Below the pieces are notes generated by a model. The model made no database searches. It saw nothing but the letters and a program-made list of their open reading frames with translations, and had not been told where the DNA came from. Made by a program: the position numbers and the translations under genes. This document shows positions 1-5,882 of a stretch of 64,000 nucleotides of DNA, in pieces (positions within the stretch are counted from its first letter, which is position 1; the number at the start of each line of letters is the position of its first letter). Source of the stretch: Clostridia bacterium (GTDB lineage Bacteria; Bacillota; Clostridia; TANB77; RGIG9151); contig JAGBIO010000011.1 in assembly GCA_017934955.1 (NCBI GenBank), positions 39,515 through 103,514 of the forward strand. The letters run 5' to 3'.

Positions 1-681
1 CTCTATGTTTTGTTGTATTTGAATCCAGCGTATCTCTTCAGCAGTAGTATCATAGTTTTTTGATTTTTTTTGAAGTTTTAATATGTTTTTCTTTAACTGA
101 GTATTAATATTATTTCCAAAATCATTCACTATATTTTCGAAATCATTTGTTATCATTTTTTTATCAAATTCAATTCTAAAATCAAAAGAAGAAAGGATTT
201 TAAGAATATCGTTATTAGATAAATTGCTATTCGCTTCTGAACCATCGTATTGAGTTAGGCTATTTTCTACTAATGATAAATTTGAACATAACCTCGGCAA
301 TGCAATATAAGTATTTGGTGGTAAATTTTCTAAAATGTAGTTTATAAGTTTCATGCATTTAGTATCTGACTCTTTAAAAAAAGTTAAGGTTTTAATTGCT
401 TTTTCTGACAATCCAGTTTCTTCTGTAACATCAGCAATATTTCTATTTTTAGGTGCATTTAATTCGATTAAGTAATTAATGTCACACTTTACTTTTTGAG
501 AGATTTCTTGTAACTTTGCTATTTCAGGGCATCTTGTGCCTTGTTCATATTTTTTATAACTTTCAAAAGTAATGTCTAAAAATTCCGAAAATTCTTCTTG
601 TGTCATTCTCGCTTCATTTCTTAATGATTTCAAGCGTTTTCCAACTAAAGCTGAAAGTTCTGTGTTACGATTTGTACCCAT
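1..681 (-). CDS. XRE-family HTH transcriptional regulator (repressor-like), C-terminus runs off the window start
   Basis: Minus-strand ATG at 681 sits 8 nt after GGAGG. Translation begins MGTNRNTELSALVGKRLKSLRNEARMTQEEFSEFLDITFESYKKYEQGTRCPEIAKLQEIS, a Cro/C1-type HTH. The frame stays open to position 1 (227 codons). It is absent from the ORF track because it is truncated by the window edge. Confidence 0.8.
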   Translation of the reverse strand, partial: MGTNRNTELSALVGKRLKSLRNEARMTQEEFSEFLDITFESYKKYEQGTRCPEIAKLQEISQKVKCDINYLIELNAPKNRNIADVTEETGLSEKAIKTLTFFKESDTKCMKLINYILENLPPNTYIALPRLCSNLSLVENSLTQYDGSEANSNLSNNDILKILSSFDFRIEFDKKMITNDFENIVNDFGNNINTQLKKNILKLQKKSKNYDTTAEEIRWIQIQQNIE

Positions 682-707
682 TTCATTTCCTCCGATTCAT
701 AAAAACT

Positions 708-748
708 ATACCGTTTCGGGTCTTTTCTGTACCATTTTATAACGGTAT
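708..748. promoter_or_regulatory. Inverted repeat ATACCGTT-N25-AACGGTAT in the divergent promoter region; candidate operator of the XRE repressor
   Basis: The 8-bp arms lie at 708-715 and 741-748, between the divergently oriented repressor (start 681) and the small ORF (start 791). Confidence 0.35.
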
Positions 749-790
749 CATATATTTGTCAAGAAAAAACAAAAGGAGAAGTGATAAATA

Positions 791-967
791 ATGGAAAAGA
801 CATTAAAAGAAGCAATTGCAGAAGCGAGAAAATCTTATTTTAAGAAATGGAGAGTGAAAAACAAAGATAAGATTAAAGAAGCCAATGAACGTTATTGGAT
901 GAAAAAAGCACTTGAAAAATTAAAAGAGGAGGGAAATTCTGATGGAGAGTCAAAAGATAACATTTAA
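791..967 (+). CDS. Small hypothetical protein (58 aa), Lys/Glu-rich, phage/ICE early-region type
   Basis: ATG at 791 after AAGGAGAAG. Translation is MEKTLKEAIAEARKSYFKKWRVKNKDKIKEANERYWMKKALEKLKEEGNSDGESKDNI. It is below the 60-aa cutoff of the ORF track and overlaps the next gene by 26 nt. Confidence 0.5.
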   Translation: MEKTLKEAIAEARKSYFKKWRVKNKDKIKEANERYWMKKALEKLKEEGNSDGESKDNI

Positions 968-1127
968 TGTTAAAGAGGTATCTGTTTATTTGCGTGTGTC
1001 GAATAGTTCTATTAGAAAATTAGTTCGGACTCGTGCTATTCCTTTTTATAGAGTACTATCGAGAATTTTTTTCGATAAAGAAGCCATTGATTTGTGGATA
1101 GCAAATCAAGATAGTAATTTAACTTAA
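942..1127 (+). CDS. Excisionase/Xis-type helix-turn-helix DNA-binding protein (MerR-superfamily HTH_17-like)
   Basis: The 61-aa ORF contains ..FNVKEVSVYLRVSNSSIRKLVRTRAIPFYRV..FFDKEAIDLWI.., the typical pattern of small excisionase-family HTH proteins. Confidence 0.65.
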   Translation: MESQKITFNVKEVSVYLRVSNSSIRKLVRTRAIPFYRVLSRIFFDKEAIDLWIANQDSNLT

Positions 1128-1139
1128 GGAGTGAAGAAA

Positions 1140-1471
1140 ATGGGTAGAAAAAAGGCATTTAAGCCTTATGAAGGTAAATCAACAGATAATTTCATAAGAC
1201 TTACAAATAGTATGTTAAAAAGTCCTCTATACTTGTCTTTATCTGGAGGCGCTTTGAAGGTATATAGTTTAATGAAGCTGATGGGGCAGTAGGCAGAATT
1301 GAATTTTATTGCTCTCATAAACGTTTAGCAGAATATATACCGCCTTCTACGGTATGGAGAGGTATTAAAGAACTTGTTGAAAAGGGATTTCTCGAGATAA
1401 AGCAAAAAGGTTGTTTTGCAAATTCGACAGCGACAACCTATAAGTTTTCTAACAAGTGGAAATATATGTAA
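1140..1471 (+). pseudogene. Winged-helix (replication/regulatory-type) gene broken by a frameshift near 1284-1292
   Basis: ATG at 1140 gives MGRKKAFKPYEGKSTDNFIRLTNSMLKSPLYLSLSGGALKVYSLMKLMGQ, then TAG at 1290. From 1292 the -1 frame continues as GRIEFYCSHKRLAEYIPPSTVWRGIKELVEKGFLEIKQKGCFANSTATTYKFSNKWKYM and stops at 1469-1471. The break sits at a GGGG run. Confidence 0.6.
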
Positions 1472-1724
1472 AACGGCATATTCAATTTGAACAAAAATCG
1501 TGATCATTGTGAATGAAAATATTCCTAAAATTTGGAGAAAGACTAAATGTCAGGTGTTCAATGTAATCATGATATGAAATAACGTTTAACCATCTGATAA
1601 TCAGATTTTGACGAGTATTTTCATTTCATTTTTACCACAGTTCATTTTGAGGGTACATATATATATACCAGGGGTAGCATGTAATTTTAATATTACAGAG
1701 GTATAGAAAAGAGGAGGATTAAAT

Positions 1725-2099
1725 TTGAATAGATATAGAGGAACATATCGAGTCGTTTATGAATTTGATAAGTATGGAAATCCTTGTGAATTTACGTATA
1801 TACCGTGCAATATAAAAAAAGGAGCTAATATTTATCGTTATTCGAAGAATCAGTTGTGCATATATATTCCAAGTTTAAGAATAGCGAATACTTTATTAAA
1901 AGAATATTCTTCGATTTTTAAGGAGTATATATGGGGAGATTTTGAGGCGGTTTTGATTTTTAATGAAAGTAATATCAAAGATGTAGAATCAGTTTTAAAA
2001 ATTTATAAGAAAGGTGCCAATATTTCACCTAAAAGTAAGCAGAACATAAGATTTAAATCAGCTGGTGAGTTTCCGGCAAAATATTTTAAAGAAATTTAA
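1725..2099 (+). CDS. Hypothetical protein (124 aa)
   Basis: TTG start sits 8 nt after AGAGGAGGA. No recognisable motif. Lies inside the AT-rich island. Confidence 0.55.
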   Translation: MNRYRGTYRVVYEFDKYGNPCEFTYIPCNIKKGANIYRYSKNQLCIYIPSLRIANTLLKEYSSIFKEYIWGDFEAVLIFNESNIKDVESVLKIYKKGANISPKSKQNIRFKSAGEFPAKYFKEI

Positions 2100-2616
2100 G
2101 GAAAAAAGCCTTTCATTAAAATTTAGCCTGTTTTGGGAAACGGTAGAATAAAGTTTACTATCACACTTTAGAAAAAGTGACTATAGTATTAAAAAACTTG
2201 AGTTTACTGGGCAAAAAATAAGAAGAGCATTTAACTTATTAATTATGAATGCCCTTTTTATTTTTTTGTTTAATAATTTAGTTCATCTTGGATATAAAAA
2301 GATTAATATTTCCCCCTGGGGGCGTAGTTATAAGCACATTGTATGCATTAACGAAGTATAAGTGAAAAAAATTACTATTTTTTACATGTTGCGTAATTAG
2401 CTGTCAAAAGAAAAATAGTTGTAAATTTAAATTCCTTTTCCTGCTGCTAAAACAATGAAGAATGGAATTAGTAATAAGATTAAAAAGAACATTTTATCAC
2501 CTTCTTAATTCGGGTTTGAATTCATATATATTTTAATACTATCTAATGCAAAAGTCTATATGTTTTTGTGTGTCATTTATTAGTATGTTACCAAACTAAT
2601 TTGATGGGGTGGTAAT

Positions 2617-2823
2617 ATGATTAAATTAAATGCATTGAAATTATTAGAGAAAAAGGGAAAAACTAAGTATTGGTTGTATAAACAGTTAGGAATGAGCTAT
2701 CAAAATTTCAGTAAAATGCTAAATAATGAGACACTTTCGATTCGTTATGCAAATATCGAAAATTTATGTTTGTTATTAGATTGTACGCCAAATGAGCTTT
2801 TTACAATAGATACGAGTAAGTAA
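2617..2823 (+). CDS. Small XRE/Cro-type HTH protein (68 aa)
   Basis: Contains ..KGKTKYWLYKQLGMSYQNFSKMLNNETLSIRYANIENLCLLLDCTPNELF.., the HTH_26-like pattern. A GGGGTGG RBS lies upstream. Confidence 0.75.
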   Translation: MIKLNALKLLEKKGKTKYWLYKQLGMSYQNFSKMLNNETLSIRYANIENLCLLLDCTPNELFTIDTSK

Positions 2824-2830
2824 ATATGAT

Positions 2831-2866
2831 AAAAGACTCCACTCAATTTGAAGTGAAGTCTTTTTT
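2831..2866. terminator. Bidirectional rho-independent terminator between convergent genes
   Basis: AAAAGACTCCACT-CAATT-TGAAGTGAAGTCTTTTTT. The stem is flanked by A and T runs. Confidence 0.6.
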
Positions 2867-2900
2867 GATACATGTAATTTCATTATTGTGACTATAAAAG

Positions 2901-3209
2901 TTAATTATTTAAAGTTATATTATATGTTCCATTAAATAATAATAAAAAACCAATGATTAATAATATAACAGCTATACAGCCTATAACGGGATTTTTTTCT
3001 CCTAATGGTCTATCATCTCTGCCACAATGTGGACAAATTGTAGCCTTAACAGATATAGGTTTATTACAAGATTGACATTGTTTCATATTTTCCTGCGATA
3101 TATTAGATATATTATTATCAGAAGAGTTATTTTCAACAAGCTTGTTGCCACATTTATCACAGAATATTGAATTATTTCTTAATTCATTGCCACATTTACT
3201 ACAAAACAT
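2901..3209 (-). CDS. Double zinc-ribbon membrane protein (102 aa)
   Basis: The N-terminus MFCSKCGNEL..FCDKCGNKL and a second CQSC...CPHCG give two CxxC pairs. The C-terminus has a hydrophobic TM segment (VIGCIAVILLIIGFLLLF). Confidence 0.7.
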   Translation of the reverse strand: MFCSKCGNELRNNSIFCDKCGNKLVENNSSDNNISNISQENMKQCQSCNKPISVKATICPHCGRDDRPLGEKNPVIGCIAVILLIIGFLLLFNGTYNITLNN

Positions 3210-3225
3210 TTTGTCATCTCCTTAA

Positions 3226-3954
3226 TTATAAACTAAACCAAATTCCACCTTTTCCACTATAATCTTGTCCGAAAACAATTTTAGGATTTTCGTCAGTTTC
3301 TTGTACTTTAAATACAACATAACCGGTTATATTTCCACCATCATATAAAGTAGTACTTAATGCAGGTTCAGGAGTTACAACTGTGAACCAGTTATCGTAT
3401 TCAACATTATTTGAAGAGTAGCAATCAAAATCATATTCATTAATGTCAATTGCTTTATCATCTTTTACATCTTTAATTGCTACACTTATTTTTGCAACAA
3501 TATATTCATATCCGTCTTCTGGTTCTGTATTCCAAAAGTCATTTGTATCTTGTAATTTTTTTAGTGCCTTAGAGCCTCGTATAGTTTCTTTAACTTCTAC
3601 GGTGGCGGTATATTCCTCACTATAGTTAGAAATTTTTATAGTTTGACTTTCTCCAATAGGTGCAGGGGAAAGTCTTGAATATTTATTAGTTACAGATGGT
3701 TGTTCTTCTCCGATTTCTACTTGGCGTAGTTCACTATTCCATTTTACTTTAACATCTAAAACATCTCCAATTGCTTTTAATGGTAAATAGGTACTGCCAT
3801 CAATAACAACTGCTGGCTTATCGCTTTGCCACACTTCTCCATTGATTAAGATAGGGAAGGAAGCAGTAATTGCGTCATAGGTAACTGCCGCAAATGATAT
3901 TGTACTGAAAAATAATCCTCCCAAAATAAAACCTTTTAAAAATCCTTTTTTCAT
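3226..3954 (-). CDS. Secreted protein with copper-amine-oxidase-N-like (stalk) domain plus DUF4352-like Ig-fold domain
   Basis: Signal peptide is MKKGFLKGFILGGLFFSTISFAA. The stretch VVIDGSTYLPLKAIGDVLDVKVKWNSELRQVEI is the stalk-domain pattern. The C-terminal YEYIVAKISVAIKDV...GYVVFKV resembles DUF4352. Confidence 0.65.
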   Translation of the reverse strand: MKKGFLKGFILGGLFFSTISFAAVTYDAITASFPILINGEVWQSDKPAVVIDGSTYLPLKAIGDVLDVKVKWNSELRQVEIGEEQPSVTNKYSRLSPAPIGESQTIKISNYSEEYTATVEVKETIRGSKALKKLQDTNDFWNTEPEDGYEYIVAKISVAIKDVKDDKAIDINEYDFDCYSSNNVEYDNWFTVVTPEPALSTTLYDGGNITGYVVFKVQETDENPKIVFGQDYSGKGGIWFSL

Positions 3955-4057
3955 TTAAACTCCTCCTTTTAAGAATTATTTATATCTATATGTTAACATT
4001 ATCAAATGTAATAGTCTATAACTTTCGATATTTTTTTAATAAAATTTGAAAAAGCCT

Positions 4058-4096
4058 AAAAAAGCTCCACTTTTATTGAAGTGAAGCTTTTTTCAA
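4058..4096. terminator. Bidirectional rho-independent terminator
   Basis: AAAAAAGCTCCACTT-TTAT-TGAAGTGAAGCTTTTTT. It shares the CTCCACT/GAAGTGAAG stem core with the 2831-2866 terminator. Confidence 0.6.
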
Positions 4097-4099
4097 AAT

Positions 4100-4336
4100 T
4101 TACTTATTGGTATTGTACAAATTATGTATATATTCTTTTAATTGAAGTTCATTTAATTTCATTGCTTTTATTAGAATTTCCAATATATTTTGAATCTTAA
4201 AATATACATCTTCGAGATTTTCGAAGGGTGTAGTTGAGATAAAATACTCTTCTTGAAGATAACTTAATGCGGTTATATCTTCTTTCAAATATGCATAAGT
4301 TGATTCTAATTGGTCTAATAAATCAGTATTTTTCAT
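4100..4336 (-). CDS. Hypothetical protein (78 aa)
   Basis: ORF with a GGAGGTG RBS (rc of 4343-4349). No recognisable motif. Confidence 0.5.
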   Translation of the reverse strand: MKNTDLLDQLESTYAYLKEDITALSYLQEEYFISTTPFENLEDVYFKIQNILEILIKAMKLNELQLKEYIHNLYNTNK

Positions 4337-4408
4337 TTTTTCACCTCCAGCCTTTTAGGGAAATATATACAGTTTTAACTGGCACAAAAAACGTATATAT
4401 CAAATATG

Positions 4409-4430
4409 TTTTGGTGGGATTTTGGTGGGA
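4409..4430 (+). repeat. Tandem direct repeat TTTTGGTGGGA x2 near the element end (candidate integrase arm-type site)
   Basis: Two exact copies at 4409-4419 and 4420-4430, about 120 nt inside the tRNA-fragment boundary. Confidence 0.3.
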
Positions 4431-4547
4431 AAATTTCCAATACCCTATAATATTTTGAAATATTTAGAAATAATAATAATAGTGTAATTTGTTTAATTAT
4501 GCTATTTTGAAATAAATTAAAACAATTTAACGTAACGTGAATATCGA

Positions 4548-4602
4548 ACTGTAAATCTGTTGCGTTATCGCTTCGGTGGTCCGAATCCACCCCCTTCCAC
4601 CA
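4548..4602 (+). pseudogene. tRNA-Tyr(GTA) 3' fragment (anticodon loop to CCA), not a complete gene; attR-like
   Basis: ACTGTAAATCTGT-TGCGTTATCGCTTC-GGTGGTCCGAATCCACC-CCCTTCCACCA. This is an anticodon loop with GTA, a long class-II variable arm, a T arm, and the acceptor 3' strand plus CCA. No complementary 5' acceptor (GGAAGGG), D arm or 5' anticodon stem lies upstream. The T-loop reads TCCGAAT instead of TTCGAAT. Confidence 0.7.
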
Positions 4603-4687
4603 TGGAAATAAGAGAGTTTTAGAGACTTTCTTATTTTTTTGTTTAAATGATTTTGAAATTTGGTGTTAAATTTTTTTATAAAAATTG

Positions 4688-4806
4688 CACAAACTCTGTA
4701 GGGACAGCATTCATGCTGTCCTGCATTCCGCATTTTCTGGGGACAGCATAAATGCTGTCCCTACACTATTTATGCTATTTCTATAGATTTGAGTCTGAAT
4801 TGTAAC
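4688..4806. repeat. REP doublet (REPIN-like) plus downstream AGTCTGAATTGTAAC motif: one complete composite element
   Basis: GTAG-GGACAGCATTCATGCTGTCC at 4698-4721 and GGACAGCATAAATGCTGTCC-CTAC at 4741-4764, inverted and 19 nt apart. The left flank is GCACAAAC. The AGTCTGAATTGTAAC motif lies at 4792-4806. Confidence 0.9.
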
Positions 4807-4950
4807 TTCTATGTGGCAAGGACTGAAAAAATGTTTGACAAATCCTATTATTTAGTGATAAACTAAATAAGTTATTCTGTTTTTTTCCTGAAAAGGAGGT
4901 TTATTTTTTCCTTGGTCGTAGAACAGCAGAACATATAGGAGGTTTGACGT

Positions 4951-5337
4951 ATGGAAAAGAAGATTGCGGAGCATAATCGGGCAGTTCGGGAGATGATTGA
5001 GGAACGTCACAAATTGGAGTTGGCGATCAACAAGAAACTTCTGGAAGAGGGCGATGTGCTGAAGTTTGAGGAGATTATGGCGTTTATGAAGCATCATGGC
5101 TTGAAGCGGATCTGGTTTAGAGACGGAATGGGCATAAGCAAGGTTTATGGCGGTGAGCCGTTTGATTTTGACGGCTTGAGTGTCGATCTTAGGGCTACCG
5201 GGACCATAAATTCGCGGCGCCTGCTGGATTTGCTTTCTAAAGCGGCTGAAGCTGAATACGCTGAGCGTTATCGCTATACCGACGATGGGGATTTCCTGTC
5301 GAGAATCGTCATTTATACGTTTAAGGAAGAAACCTGA
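4951..5337 (+). CDS. Hypothetical protein (128 aa), GC-richer orphan
   Basis: ATG sits 9 nt after TAGGAGG and is followed by a clean terminator. No motif recognised. Confidence 0.6.
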   Translation: MEKKIAEHNRAVREMIEERHKLELAINKKLLEEGDVLKFEEIMAFMKHHGLKRIWFRDGMGISKVYGGEPFDFDGLSVDLRATGTINSRRLLDLLSKAAEAEYAERYRYTDDGDFLSRIVIYTFKEET

Positions 5338-5346
5338 GAGAGGAGG

Positions 5347-5374
5347 GAGAGCGAAAGCTCTCTTTTCTTTTTTT
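5347..5374 (+). terminator. Rho-independent terminator
   Basis: GAGAGC-GAAA-GCTCTC followed by TTTTCTTTTTTT. Confidence 0.7.
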
Positions 5375-5380
5375 AAACTC

Positions 5381-5409
5381 TTGACGAAGTTTGAAAAAAG
5401 GAATATGAT
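5381..5409 (+). promoter_or_regulatory. Sigma-A type promoter of the ileS leader
   Basis: TTGACG (5381-5386), a 17-nt spacer, then TATGAT (5404-5409). Confidence 0.6.
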
Positions 5410-5415
5410 ATAACC

Positions 5416-5650
5416 ATATTATAAAGACTTTGATGGAAACAGTAAGGTAAGATTGAAATTTTAGCGAGTCGGGAGATTGGTGAAAGCCTGATAAGAGTAA
5501 ATTTTATCCGAAAATCATTCCGGAGTTCCAAAGTGAAAAAACAGTAGCTTTTGGCGGAGGTTCACCGTTATAGGAACGACATATATTAGTATGTAGCGAG
5601 TGGTTAAACGAAAAGATAGGTTCGTCTCGATAGGAGGCGAGCCTTTTTTG
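5416..5650 (+). promoter_or_regulatory. T-box riboswitch leader, Ile (AUC) specifier, with terminator
   Basis: Stem I elements are present: the GATGGAAACAGTA K-turn-like motif, the AGCGA AG-bulge and the TTGGTGAAAG distal loop. The specifier context is GAAA-ATC-A (ATC at 5514-5516). The T-box bulge is CGAG-UGGU (5601-5604). The terminator is GGTTCGTCTC-GATAG-GAGGCGAGCC plus TTTTTT (5619-5650). It lies directly upstream of ileS. The core T-box sequence is divergent from the canonical GGGTGGTACCGCG. Confidence 0.7.
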
Positions 5651-5657
5651 TTGAAGA

Positions 5658-5791
5658 GGACAGCATGAATACTGTCCGTACGGGGATTTGGTGAGGCATT
5701 TTTGCTGGAAGAAAGGACACAATAAATTGTGTCCGTACGGAAATTTGGTGAGCCATTTTGTTGAAGAGGACAGCATGAATGCTGTCCGTAC
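5658..5791. repeat. Three tandem REP units (period ~53-57 nt) between the T-box terminator and the ileS start
   Basis: Copies lie at 5658-5681 (CAGCAT class, one arm mismatch), 5715-5738 (CACAAT class) and 5768-5791 (CAGCAT class). All are in ...GTCC-GTAC orientation and share the flank GGATTTGGTGAGCCATTTTTG. Confidence 0.9.
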
Positions 5792-5882
5792 GGGGATTTG
5801 GTGAGCCATTTTTGTTGGAAAAGTGGCAAGAACCAAAAGAATCAACAGCGTTTACACTTTGCACAGGGAAAGGTGGTAAAAA

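Larger units (their letters stand above)
1..4602. mobile_element. Right-hand part of an integrated element (prophage/ICE/IME-like remnant) ending at an attR-like tRNA-Tyr 3' fragment; left end and integrase lie outside the window
   Basis: Block is visibly more AT-rich than the rest of the window. It holds a divergent XRE repressor / small-gene / Xis-type HTH switch module, a frameshifted winged-helix gene and orphan genes. It has no REP copies, although REPs fill nearly every gap to its right. It ends exactly at a 55-nt tRNA-Tyr 3' fragment (4548-4602). Confidence 0.6.

Noticed and set aside
4527-4733. 68-aa and 71-aa minus-strand ORFs over the tRNA fragment and REP
   Set aside because: They overlap the tRNA-Tyr fragment and a REP, and they lack an RBS.
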